This document shows, one piece after another, positions 13,680 to 26,537 of a stretch of DNA of 64,000 nucleotides (position 1 is the first letter of the stretch; every line of letters begins with the position of its first letter). The position numbers and the translations under genes were made by a program. The stretch is from Paraspadella gotoi (Eukaryota; Animalia; Chaetognatha): contig CM119267.1 of assembly GCA_051294375.1 (NCBI GenBank), positions 19,005,439 through 19,069,438 on the forward strand, read 5' to 3'. The notes beneath the pieces are model-generated. The model was not told the origin of the DNA, ran no database searches, and saw only the letters and a list, made by a program, of their open reading frames with translations.

Positions 13680-14730
13680 TCCTGGCTCCAGACACTCTCT
13701 CTTCATATTTTTTTTTCTCATTCTTTTTGTTTTCATATTATCTCTCTCTTTTCTCTCTTCTCTTCTCTCTCTTCCTTTCTATTCTTTCTCCTATTCGTCT
13801 CTTTTCAGACGTTATTTTTTTCTCTTTTTTACATCTCTCATGCTATATCTCTCCATATTACGTATTTTTCTTCCCGTATCTATCTCCCCTTCTCTCAATT
13901 TCTCGCTCTTTCTTCTCTCCCCGCTCCTTCCTGCACTTCAACGCCAATCTGGTCTTTCGGCTTCCCTGTTTTTTTCGTTTCGATCCGCCAAACAGATGGC
14001 GCTTCCATTCTAAAAAATGGCCGCTGAATTTTATTGCCGCGAGGGATCGCTTCGCGTCCCGAATCGTTCTATCTGGGAATCTTGTTCAGGTGGGAGTTTT
14101 CTTTGAGAGACGATAGTCGGCCGGAGATACACGTGGGAGAGCGCCGCGAAGTGGTGAGGAACGATGCAATACTCGGAACGAAACGTCACGAGATGAGTTC
14201 CAGGACGCGACGAGTCATGACGACGAAAAAGACGACGGACGACAAAAAAGAGACGACGACAGACAGCTAAAGAGCGACAGTGATGGTTTTCGAGAAATAA
14301 AGAAACTCTCCGCCCCCTCCCGTCCCTCTTTTCCCCGATCTCATCTCTTCAGCATGGTCCGCCTTAAGAGAACCCGGAAAATCAAGAAAGTGACCAAACA
14401 CAACGACGACGATGACGAACGACGACGACGGCGACGAAGGATGGAGCGACGACGACGACGCTCGTGAGGAAAAGGACATCACAATAGTACACTCCATTCT
14501 TTGAATGCGACACTTATTCGTCCTAATATATATTTGGAGTTCAGTAACATTTAGTTTAAAAATCTCGCAAGTTTAAAGTTGTGCCAAAAAAAAATTTCTA
14601 CTCTTGTGGGCGCCGTCGACTTTTCTCGAACATATATCTTCCCTCATCTTTAAGATCATCACACGCCCTCATTTTTTTAAACATTAAAAGATTCACAAAC
14701 TCCATCGTTGTTCTTTCTGGTCTCCATGAT

Positions 14731-14762
<32 letters not shown>

Positions 14763-15343
14763 CAAAAGTAACCGCCCCTCCGCACGCCCTTTTGTCTTCT
14801 CTTTCAATCGTCCTTTTTTTTCTCTTTCTAGGTACGTCGCGCATTATCGTGCGATGGTCATTGCTCTTGCCGATGCCCACCTCCCTCAGCTCATGTCTTT
14901 GTGGATCTTTACGTCAACGCCGTCCATGGAAAGGCAGCTCTTGTTATTATTTCCCGAAATCATTTCCCGATGCGCGGGAACTGTTTGACCCTATTTCCCG
15001 TGGCAAGCCTTTAAAACTTGCTCTTTGGTCATGACGGTCAAATTGCAAATCATGTCCCAATTCCATTCTCCATCAATCGTTCTCTTAGACCGCGAATTTT
15101 GATCGGGCGGTTCGCATCAATCGACTACCAGACTGCCCAGCGAGTTCTTCGGTTTTTAGATCAGCAACATTCATCGACATAGAAGGAAGGAATGAGTATT
15201 TTTTTCTTCGAAAGACATGTAATGGAAATACTCGGAGGGGAGGAAGATTTTTGTTGGAGAGTGGATAGTGTAGGAAATGAGTAATATAAATTATGATGTA
15301 TGATTGAGAGATAAGTAGTAGACGAGAGAAGAGAAGAGAAGAG

Positions 15344-15375
<32 letters not shown>

Positions 15376-16830
15376 TGAAGAGAGAGAGGAGAGAGTTAGA
15401 TGACGAGAGAGTAAAGAGAAGACAGGAGGAAAACAGGAAAATGAAACGTGTTTGGCCCATTTCGTGTCCTGGAAGGAGAATTGAGGAGGAGCGGAAATGA
15501 CGAGGAAAAACTTCTGGAAACAAAGCACGCAAATTTTACTTATAAAAAAAGCATAAAAAAAAAAAACAAAGAAAAAAGAAGAGTAAATGTGATGGTGAGT
15601 TTCTTATCTATTTCCCATGAGATACGGCGAAGTAATTCCACTTTACGTTTTATAGGGGAGGACTTTTTTTTTACGATTGCGTCGGAAACACACCCGGGAA
15701 TTAATACGTAAAGACACGAGGTCGTATATGAATTCGCCGCATCCGAGCGAGATCGGAAGTATAAAGAAAAAGCGAAAGAAAAAAAAATTCAATTGAGCGA
15801 AATTTGGAAATGATGGAGAAAAGGTTGTGAGAAATGAATGGAGAAGGTTGGGATGAAATGATGTGATGAAAAGGTTGTTAAGAGAATGGACTGATGGAGA
15901 AAGAGTTGGATGATTTTTATAAGTTCGCATTTGAATGGAGAGAGGTTGGAGAAATGAGCGTATTTGTAGGAAGTGATATATGGAGAAATGAGGCATGGAG
16001 AAGGTTGGACGAAGGGATGACTTGGGACAAAGTTGGAGAATAATGGATAGGGTTTTTTTTTTGAAAAAGGGGTTTTCCAAAAAGGCCTTGTTACGAGCGC
16101 TTAATTCAGCTTTTCGCATGAATATTTTTTTTGCTGGTGGGTCTTGCTTTTGGTTATTTGTTTTTTGTTTTGCTTTTGAATATCATTGGGTTGTAGATTG
16201 GGGTTGGTGTTGGTTTTTGGCAGGCGGCGAAATCGTCTGCGCATTCTGAATCACAGAGAAACAATTTCGTTCGTGGCGTCGCTTGGGTTTATGTTACGGT
16301 GTTTTCTCTTTCGGGGTCGGTGTTCTCTGGTGATGATCGTGGTTCTATGGTGTTCTTATGTTGTGTTTTTTTTTTTTTCATTATCATGGCCAGTTGGGCG
16401 GCTATAATCCACGGATCTCTAGTTCCTCTTTAGAACCGCGTACTTCGTCTCCTTGATTATCATTTCTTCACCGCGGGAATCAATCATTTTCTATCCCCAT
16501 TTCTGCTTTCATCCTTCCGCTATTATGCAGCATTTTTAGTTTGCGCCGCAAGTACTGCGGAGCAAACTCTATAGTACTAGTTTTCGGTCGGGTCAGTCCG
16601 GTCGTCTGTCCACTTACGTTAAAAATGCATAAATAGTTTGCCTATGGTTGATGATTGCTTATTTGTTAAGACAGAAAAACCTCAAATCTAAGTGTCTGCT
16701 AGCGCATGTCAAAATGTCAGGTAGCGTCCAATGTCATGTAATGTCAATATCATAGTCACGAAGAAAATACTCTTGATAAAGGCAGTCACTGCGGCGCAGC
16801 AACAATTTTGAATTATGTTCTTGTTCTAAC
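13680..16830 (-). repeat. Segment A, inverted noisy copy
   Basis: cctggctccagacact at 13681 is the near reverse complement of agtgtctgagccagg (5397/18843). gtcgttgtcgttgtcg at ~14730 mirrors 18520-18545. It starts right after a 25-N gap. Confidence 0.85.
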
Positions 16831-17139
16831 AACTTTTAATTTTCCGTTATCAACTCTTTTTTCCAATTAATAACATTATCTCATCTTTCCTTTTCACCCC
16901 TATCTCTCGTCTCAATCCATTATCTCACTCTTTTTCCACCCCCTACTCACATTATCTTTATCTAGTCACCCTTTCCGGCGATTAATTAACCTTATTTTTT
17001 TTTCCACCAATTCCATTGTTTCCTTTACTTTCTGTCAACTTTTTCCATTCTTATCCTTCATTAAATCTCTTTTTCCACCACATCCATTAGTTTTCATTAC
17101 TTGTTCTCACACTTTTTCCATACTTACCATTAAATCTAT

Positions 17140-18513
17140 TTTTCTTATAGAGTTGCTCCGCGAGTACTTGCGGCGCAACTAAAAATGGATAATACGAAGG
17201 AGAAAGAGAAGGGGAGAAAAGAAGGGTTGAAGAAATGATAATCAAGGGAAGACGAATCCGTCCAAGAGGAAATAGAGATCGTGGGATGATAATTGAAAAA
17301 AAAAAACACAACATAAAACACCAAAACAACATCAAGAACGACGACGAAAGAAAACAACGACGAAAGAAATTGTTTCTCTGTGATTCAGAATCGAGACGAT
17401 TTCCTGCCAAAAAAACACAAAAACAAAAGCAAGACAAAAGCAAAACAAAAACAAAACAAAAGCAAGACCCACCACAAAAAAANNNNNNNNNNNNNNNNNN
17501 NNNNNNNNNNNNNNNNNNNNNNNNNNNNNNNNNNNNNNNNNNNNNNNNNNNNNNNNNNNNNNNNNNNNNNNNNNNNNNNNNNNNNNNNNNNNNNNNNNNN
17601 NNNNNNNNNNNNNNNNNNNNNNNNNNNNNNNNNNNNNNNNNNNNNNNNNNNNNNNNNNNNNNNNNNNNNNNNNNNNNNNNNNNNNNNNNNNNNNNNNCTT
17701 CTCCATCATTTCTCCAATCTTCTCCATCATTTCCATTTCGCTCAATGAATTTTTTTTTCTCGCTTTTTCTACTTCCGATCTCGCTCGATGCGGGATCAAC
17801 GACCCGTGGTCTTCGTTAATCCCGGGTTTTCCGACGCAATCGTAAAAAAAAATCCCGTAAATGGATTCTCGCGCGGAATAAACCTTCACTACTTCTTTTT
17901 CTTGTTTTTTTTTNNNNNNNNNNNNNNNNNNNNNNNNNNNNNNNNNNNNNNNNNNNNNNNNNNNNNNNNNNNNNNNNNNNNNNNNNNNNNNNNNNNNNNN
18001 NNNNNNNNNNNNNNNNNNNNNNNNNNNNNNNNNNNNNNNNNNNNNNNNNNNNNNNNNNNNNNNNNNNNNNNNNNNNNNNNNNNNNNNNNNNNNNNNNNNN
18101 NNNNNNNNNCTCTCTCTCTCTCTCATCTTCCTCCCCTCCGAGATTTCCATCAAGTCTTTCGAAGAAAAAAAAACTCATCTTCCTTCTATGTCGATGATGT
18201 TGCTGTAAAACCGGAACCGCGGGCGCTGGAGTCGATGATGGAACCGGGGGAACGATGATGGAGAATGGAATTGAATGATTGCAATGACCGTCAAAGACAA
18301 AGCAAGTTTTAAAGGCTTGAAGGAAATGGTCACATTGATCGGGAAATGATCGGGAAAATAATACAGATGGCCTTTCCATGGACGGCGTTGACGTAATCCA
18401 CAAGAATGGCGAGGGAGGTGGCAACGGCAATGGCAATGCCATCGACGATAATGGCGACGATAAAAAAAAATACGATGAAAGAGAAGACAAAGAGGGCGTG
18501 GGCGGTTACTTTG

Positions 18514-18545
<32 letters not shown>

Positions 18546-18732
18546 ATCCATGGAGACCAGAAAGAACAACGATGGAGTTTGTGAATCTTTAATGTTTAAA
18601 AAAATGAGGGCGTGTGAATGACCTTAAAGATGAGGGAAGATATATGTTCGAGAAAAGTCGAGCGAAAATGAAATTTTTTTTTTGGCATCAACTTAAATCG
18701 AGATTTTTAACTAAATGATATTTGATTGAGAG

Positions 18733-18766
<34 letters not shown>

Positions 18767-18769
18767 GAG

Positions 18770-18804
<35 letters not shown>

Positions 18805-19837
18805 CGTTTTTAGTGAAAGAGAGAAAAAAAATATGAAGAGAAAGTGTCTGAGCCAGGAATGCATTGACAGAGAGATCGAGAGACAAAAAGCAAACAGAAT
18901 ATCGAAGAGAGACGAGAGAGAGAAGAGAGAGAGGAAGAGCGAGAGAGAGAAGAGAGGAACGATGCCCATCGTCTGGGGTGCCAACACAAAACGCCAGCTA
19001 CAAATAGAAGAAATTGAGTGAATAATTAAAAGTCGAGTTTTCGGGTTCGATTATCCAAGATCCAGGAGGAAAAAAAAAGGTTGGCGGAGAACGGAACTGG
19101 CGCCGCCTGGCCGGTCGCATCGCCCCGCGGGGGGGGGGAGTGAAATGGCGTCGGGNNNNNNNNNNNNNNNNNNNNNNNNNNNNNNNNNNNNNNNNNNNNN
19201 NNNNNNNNNNNNNNNNNNNNNNNNNNNNNNNNNNNNNNNNNNNNNNNNNNNNNNNNNNNNNNNNNNNNNNNNNNNNNNNNNNNNNNNNNNNNNNNNNNNN
19301 NNNNNNNNNNNNNNNNNNNNNNNNNNNNNNNNNNNNNNNNNNNNNNNNNNNNNNNNNNNNNNNNNNNNNNNNNNNNNNNNNNNNNNNNNNNNNNNNNNNN
19401 NNNNNNNNNNNNNNNNNNNNNNNNNNNNNNNNNNNNNNNNNNNNNNNNNNNNNNNNNNNNNNNNNNNNNNNNNNNNNNNNNNNNNNNNNNNNNNNNNNNN
19501 NNNNNNNNNNNNNNNNNNNNNNNNNNNNNNNNNNNNNNNNNNNNNNNNNNNNNNNNNNNNNNNNNNNNNNNNNNNNNNNNNNNNNNNNNNNNNNNNNNNN
19601 NNNNNNNNNNNNNNNNNNNNNNNNNGGAGTTTTTTCTTTGACGAAGGAGCGCCATTCCACGCTAAATGTTGCACATTTTTAACCTATTTTTGTTTAAGTG
19701 CAATTCCAAGGATTTTTTTAACTGGAAACTTTGCACGATAATATATAAATATCTATAAATGTAATATGCATCTATCTATCCATATATCTATCTATCTGTC
19801 AATCTATCTATCTATCTGTCAATCTACCTATCTGTCA

Positions 19838-19919
<82 letters not shown>

Positions 19920-19960
19920 TTATCTAGATCTATTTTTTCTATTTATTTTTATCTCTGTTT
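17140..19960 (+). repeat. Segment A, copy 3 (gapped; lacks the ~4545-5230 block)
   Basis: Colinear with 2085-6186 except for a ~700-bp deletion at ~18720; ends in a (TATC)n microsatellite at 19770-19920. Confidence 0.85.
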
Positions 19961-21269
19961 CTTTCTGCCATTGTAAAAAGCTTTCTTTTAATTTTTACAT
20001 ATTTTTTCATCCTTAAAATTTCCTCTCTTCTCTGCCATTGCCACCCCCCCCCAAACGTTTTTCCCGCTGGCAATTCGCCCTTTTGCCATTCGCCTCTTTG
20101 CTATTGGATTGCCGATCACCAGCTCCCCTAGAGGTTCGGATGAAAGACGATCCAGGCTTTGAAGGGGAAAAAATGGGAAAAGGAATTGAAAGAGAAAGGA
20201 AAAGGAAAAAGGGACGAAAAAATTAAGGGAAAAGGGAGAAAGTAGAGGAAAGAAAAGAAAAGGGAGGAAAGGAATTGAAAGAGAAAGAAAAAGGGGAAAA
20301 AGGGATGAGAAAATTAAGGAAAAGGGAGAAAGTAAAGGAAAGAAGAGAAAAGGGAGGAAAGGAATTGAAAGAGAAAGAAAAAGGGNNNNNNNNNNNNNNN
20401 NNNNNNNNNNNNNNNNNNNNNNNNNNNNNNNNNNNNNNNNNNNNNNNNNNNNNNNNNNNNNNNNNNNNNNNNNNNNNNNNNNNNNNNNNNNNNNNNNNNN
20501 NNNNNNNNNNNNNNNNNNNNNNNNNNNNNNNNNNNNNNNNNNNNNNNNNNNNNNNNNNNNNNNNNNNNNNNAGAAAAAGAAAAAGGGAAAAAATGGACGA
20601 GAAAATTATAGAAAAGGGAGAAAGTAGAGGAAAGAAAAGAAAAGCGAGGAGAGGGAGTTTTACTCTTGAAAACAAACAAAAAAATGATGGGTATATAAGG
20701 AAGGATGGAAGGAAGGGAGGATGAAGTAATAAAAAAGATAAGTAAGAAATAAGTTGATTATTAAAAATGAAAAGAAAGAAATGAAAGGAAAGGAAGGAAA
20801 GTAAAAGAATGAATGGAAAGGAAAAGGAAGGGTGAAAAAAAAAACATGTATAAAAAGAGAGGGAATAAAATTCGTTGAGAAAAGAAAAAGAGGTTGAAAA
20901 AACTTTCCTCACCCTGATTTTTTACGATCGTCTTGAGAACGAATATCCCGACGAACGTGGTAAAGAATCCGGACGATGAAAGACGACGAATGATGAAGAT
21001 GACGTCGGCACCGACGCATACGACGAATAAGTGACAAATTTACCGCAACAGGGGTCGTTGCTTTTTCCCCTCCCAACGAGCTTTAATGTTTGAACCAGAA
21101 GTCACCTGCGATTTAAATTTTTCCTCTTTCCAGTACAATCTAGATCAGCGGAGAACGGGTGTTCCGTAAGTTTAATTAAGAAGCATTTAAGATTGGCAGG
21201 GAAACAACGGAAAGCACTAGATAACAAGTTGGACAATTTTTGTTTTAGATACCAAAGAAGCTTCTTTAC

Positions 21270-21540
21270 AATGTGATTGAAATTGGTACAACCAATATAT
21301 GTGAGTCTCACCGAGAAGAATATCCATAGCATACCACATCGAATTTAAAGTAAAATACGGGTAACTCAAGCTCGAAACCGCCGTGAACTGTCGAACTAGG
21401 CTTTGGTGGTTTAAGGCTTCCATCACTCTTACAGAGGATAATGACTAGCGGTGGTCCTGAGAGCTTTCTATCAAGACATCTCCACAGTCTTGTTTATTCA
21501 ACGTCAGAGTACTTGCCTTCTCTATCAATGTAATGTGGTA
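21270..21540 (-). repeat. Dispersed repeat fragment shared with 62480-63010
   Basis: The reverse complement reads tgaataaacaagactgtg...gtaagagtgatggaagccttaaaccaccaaagcct, matching 62840-62940 on the + strand. Confidence 0.75.
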
Positions 21541-21789
21541 AAATGTTTCAAAAGGAATGTTTGCAATTGTATGAAAAGACCACTCCCAATCATATTTTAG
21601 AAGAAACCGTTACCTTCTACTGAAAAAGTTTTCGTCAAGCGAAGAAAAGTGGTTTCAATCGTCCANNNNNNNNNNNNNNNNNNNNNNNNNTTAAAGAAAC
21701 CGTTACCTTTCCTACTGAGAAAGTTCGTGCGAAGAAAATGTTTTAAATCGTCAAAGACGTGAAGAGGTCTTTTTCAAAAGAGACCTTTT

Positions 21790-22832
21790 GAGTTTCGACG
21801 CGAGTACTCGCGGAGCAACTCTCTAAGTCACTTTTCGGTCGGTCTATCAGTCAGTCCGTTGGTCGATCGGTCGATTGATATGTCTGTCTGTCGGTTGTCC
21901 CACTTACGTTAAAATGCATATAATTTGCCCTTAGTTGGTTGCTCTTTTGTTCAGACAGAAAAAAAAGTCAAATCTAAGGGACTGCAAGCGCCGCCTTCAG
22001 GAAATCCTAAAACTAAAAAGAAATAAAAAATGGAATTTTGATGCAGTGCACCTCATAAATATATGGGCTAAGAAAGTTATTGTAGTCATATAGTCATGTT
22101 ATGTTACGTCATTTTATGTCATGCCATGTCATGTCATGTAATGAGAAATATACGTGATAAGTAGAGCGTAGTGAAAGTTACATCTGAAAATTATAAATAT
22201 CAATTATGAACAACATAACAAAAGTGAACATTAATTTGTAAAAAAAAATAATTTTATGTTCTTCAAATTTTGCAGTAGGCTATATTTATATATAGTATTA
22301 TTCTTATAAAATCGAAAAATTTCAAAATAGGCTTTTCTTAATTTTAATTGCAGATTTACATTTTTCGTCAAAAGTTGATAAAAGAAAATAGAAATCATTT
22401 TTAAAAATTCTCTCATTAATTGGGTTAAAAATTTAAAAAACTATATTTAATATATAAAATTTTAAATTTTAGCTTAAAATATAGATTTTTTTATATTTGA
22501 TAAACATAATGAAAGAATTTGTAAAAAAGAGTTATATTTTTTTATATCAACTTTTCATGACGAATCCAAATATAAAAAAAAAACTTAAAAAAAACTATTT
22601 TGAAATTTTAACATTTATTGGATTAGTATTAGTATAAATATGGTCTACTGCGTAAATTGTAAAATTGATTTTACAATTTTTTTAAACAAAAATGCTCATT
22701 AAAAAAAGAACAATGTTGTTAGTTCCTCACTTTTAGAGTTTCAATTAAAGTTAAATTTAAAATTTTTAATACGCTTTAGTGATAAGGCAGTCACTGCGGC
22801 GCAACACATTTGAATTACCGTTCTTGTTTTTT
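21790..22832 (+). mobile_element. DINE-1/HINE-like non-autonomous element interrupted by a nested insertion
   Basis: Same 5' palindrome (cgcgagtactcgcg), GTCG/GTCT microsatellite and 3' end (cagtcactgcggcgcaacaca..ttaccgttcttgtttt) as the intact copy at 26212-26485. Confidence 0.65.
22162..22778. mobile_element. hAT-like MITE, 617 bp, AT-rich
   Basis: Flanked by a perfect 8-bp direct repeat GTGATAAG (22154-22161 and 22779-22786). Imperfect terminal inverted repeats TAGAGCGTAgtgaaagtt / aatttttaaTACGCTTTA match at 14 of 18. The uninterrupted host copy has a single GTGATAAG at ~26434. Confidence 0.8.
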
Positions 22833-22894
22833 CACAAAAGAATTCTCGCTCTTACGATGTCGAGAGTAACCGTAACAAATTGACGACCGGAAAA

Positions 22895-23112
22895 AGGGGG
22901 GGCGTGTTTTAACAAAGAAGCGAACGACGATGAATGTCGCGTTGCTAGTGGCAACAGAGAGACGCTTCGGCTGTGGCTGCTTAGCTGACAAAGTCAGTGA
23001 CAAAGTTACTTTACAATCGAGGTTAATACAACGAAGTTTACTCGGAGGCAGCGGGATGACGAAAACGATTTGGATGAAATAAAAATCGTTACATTCTCGC
23101 GTAAGGAAGAGG
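22895..23112 (+). promoter_or_regulatory. Candidate alternative promoter and first exon of the rhomboid gene
   Basis: GC box gggggcgtg at ~22898, palindromic RFX X-box-like GTTGCTAGTGGCAAC at 22941-22955, and donor G|GTAAGG at 23113. Confidence 0.3.
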
Positions 23113-24141
23113 GTAAGGGATATTATGTACGAATATAGCCAAAGTACCTATGCAATATCACTATTGTAAAGCAAAAAAATTGTTGCCAGAAAAAAAGTAC
23201 ATCCACAATATTGGGGAGGACTATTAAAAGGTCAAGACGACAATTGCATTTGAGGCAACAAAGTCGAAGCGACAAGGACGACGACGACGATGACGACGAC
23301 GCTTTCAAAGACGTCAATAACCGCGACAACGACGACAAAAACACGGAAAGCGTCTCTCTCTCTCTCATCCTCTCCTCGCGTCTCTCTCTTTTGCTCATCT
23401 CTATCTCTCTCTCGTCTCTCTCCTCTCCTCTCTCTATCTCTCGTCCATCTCTCTCTCTCTCTCGCCGAAACAAAATCACCCGCAATCTCCTTTTTTTTTT
23501 CTCCCATCGGATTTTTTTTTCTCTGACGAGAGAATATTTGACGGAGTAGGGGAAGAGGGAGAAGGGGAAGGGAAGGGAGGGGAGAGGGAGAGGGAAGGGA
23601 GAGGGAGAGGGAGAAGAGAAAAGGAAGGGGGAGAGGGAGAGAGAAAGGAAGGGGGAGAAGGGAGAGAGAAAGGAAGGGGGAGAAGCGGAGTTGGTGGATT
23701 TCCGACAAGAATGGAAAGAATGATTGGGTTTGTGAAAAAAAAAGGTTGGGTAAAAGAGACCAGAAGAATTGAAAATCAATTGGTGCGCTGAAAGGATCAC
23801 CTGTCAATATGGAATCTTTAGGTTCAAATTTAAATTCAAATTTTCAATGATGTACTGTGAAACAGTTCACAGACCAGTCACAGGGACTGTTCTTTGACTT
23901 TTGTTCCTAGATAATTTACAATACACAGACACTCACGCATACAAACTCACACACTCAAACACATAAAAAAAACCCATTAGTTTCTATTCGCATGTCGCAG
24001 ACTTCAACGATTTCGGTTGTTTTCTTCCTTTTTTCCTTTTTTTCTTTCCTTTTTTTCCCCTTTTTCTTATTTTCTTTCCTCCAAATTCAGCCGAAATCAT
24101 AAAATATTCACCCGCGGTGGAGGCAAAGTAACCGACGAGGC

Positions 24142-24254
<113 letters not shown>

Positions 24255-24585
24255 ATAACGGCAAGAATTTGTCGTCTCTGTCACTTTCTGTCGTCGATCT
24301 TGCCGCGGCCGTCGTCATCATCATCGTCGTCGTCGTCATCGTCATCATTGACGCGTCTTCCGGTCGTTGACTTTATCACAGACGGCGATGTCATCGCTTC
24401 TCCTTTTTTTGACGTCGTCTCCACTTCTTTCCTGTCACCGGCTGGTCGCTGTTGTAGTTGTTGTTGTTTCCTTTATAGTGCTGTCGTTATTTGTCTCGTC
24501 GCTCACGCGTATTGTTTATTTCTCAAGTCCTTCTTCATCTTCTCACCTAAATTCGTCTTTGTTTTCATTGTTGTCATCATTCGAC

Positions 24586-24667
<82 letters not shown>

Positions 24668-25036
24668 AATCCCAAAACGATTTAATTTCCAAAGGTCATT
24701 TTTTAACTCCATTCCTCAAGAATCTAATTCAACCATTCAACTTTAGTCTTCCATTTTCTCTTACTTTCCCTTACCTCGATCTATTCAAGTTTCGTCTTCT
24801 TTATTCTCTTCCTCATTCGTTGTTGTCGTTGTCGTCGTCATCCTCGTCTTCGTCATCAACCTCCCTCAACCCCGCGTCTTTTGCAGCGGCGGCGGCGGGG
24901 GGCGACTGCGGCAACTGCGGCGGTGACTGCGGCGACTTGACGTCCGCGCCGCAGAAAAGGTCGCGCGCGTCGGGTCGACTCAATCCGCGTCGAGAGCGAA
25001 ACCCATCACAGACGCACCGATTCCGGGCGACGGTGA

Positions 25037-25069
<33 letters not shown>

Positions 25070-25407
25070 CGACGAAAACAAAGAAGAAGACGATGAAAAT
25101 TTTAAAAAACGATGACGACGACGAAGATGACTCTAAAAACATTCAATGCATACAAATGTTATACCCTCGATGCTGATAAAAATGACATGGACGATCAAGA
25201 CGGCGAAAGAACGTCTTTAAATATGACAGCGACAAGGACAACGTCGACGAAAACGACAAAGATAACAACGACGACAAATAAATAATGACAATGACGATGA
25301 CGACCGAGACGACGCCGACCACAGTTATGACAGGCAAGATGACGACGACGACGACGACGACTTAGAGTCGGTCTTTCAATGCGCGTCAAGTGTGGGGAGG
25401 AAGTAGA

Positions 25408-25482
25408 GGTGATCACAGTCGAGGAGATCACAGTAGATTTGATCACAGTAGAGGTGAACACAGTAGAGGTGATCACAGTAGC
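25408..25482. repeat. ~15-bp minisatellite (gatcacagtagaggt), about 5 units
   Basis: Direct reading; also present in the duplicate at ~36240-36310. Confidence 0.8.
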
Positions 25483-25998
25483 TCTCGTTGTGACAGGTTC
25501 ACCGACAGGTTGAGAAATGATGGCTGAAGAGGAAAGGACGTTGGAGAATGTGAGAAAAGTGAGATAATCTCGTGTGAAATTTTGGGAAAACAACAAAATT
25601 TTATGAGAAAAATTTTTTTTATCGAGAATGGGAAAATGTTCAAATAACCTTAAAAAACCAAGTTGAAAAAAATTGAAAAAAAAAAGGATCAGAAAAAACA
25701 TTTTTTAATAGAAAAAACCCAAAATATTATAAAATAATGAAGCGGAATAATGATAGAAAAATATGGACTGTGACTTGAGTAAAGTGAATGTGACACTAGA
25801 TGATAAAGATGATTACGAATATGATAAGGACTGTCATGATGATGATGATGATGACAATACCGATAAAGAGATGGCGCCACCCCTGGAATAAAAAAGAGAC
25901 ACGACGACGACGACGACGACGACACGGAAGGACGAGGACGAAAACAACCGTGAAAATCGTTTGTAATCCTTTGACCCGACCAGACAAAGATGTCCGCC

Positions 25999-26051
<53 letters not shown>

Positions 26052-26211
26052 AAGAGAGAGAGAAGAGAGAGAAGAGAGAGAGAGAGAGAGAAGAGCAGAG
26101 AAAGACACCCCACCCACACCCTCCCAGGCCACAACAGAACCCAACTCATCTCACAAACCGGAGAGACGATTGCGAGAGAAAGAGAGAAACGATCGTCAAC
26201 AAAACCTCTTT

Positions 26212-26485
26212 TTAAGTTGCGCCGCGAGTACTCGCGCATCAATTCTATAAGTCACTTTTCGGTCGGTCTGTCGATCGATTCGTCGGTCGGTCGGTATGTC
26301 TGTCCATCGGTCTGTCACACTTACGTTAAAAATGAATATAATTGGCCTATCGTTGATTATTGCTCATGCTAGCGCATGTAATGTTATATAGCGTCAGGTC
26401 ATGTAATGTCATGTCACGTCATGAGAAATACTCGTGATAAGACAGTCACTGCGGCGCAACACAATTGAAATTACCGTTCTTGTTT
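26212..26485 (+). mobile_element. DINE-1/HINE-like element, intact copy (others at ~16535-16830, ~32860-33855, ~37045-37315; inverted remnants at ~1810-2135 and 17145-17185)
   Basis: Subterminal inverted repeat GTTGCGCCGC (26216) / GCGGCGCAAC (26451-26460), a 5' palindrome, a GTCG/GTCT microsatellite core, T-rich flanks and no ORF. Confidence 0.65.
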
Positions 26486-26537
26486 TTTTTTCTTTTTTTT
26501 TCTTTTCTCTCATTTTCGTTTTCTCTTCTCCTTTCAG

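Noticed and set aside
18130-18620. D/N/G-rich ORF (MDGVDVIHKNGEGGGNGNGN...) in segment A
   Set aside because: Short, driven by (GACAAC)n repeats, and frames disagree among the three copies; not supportable as CDS.
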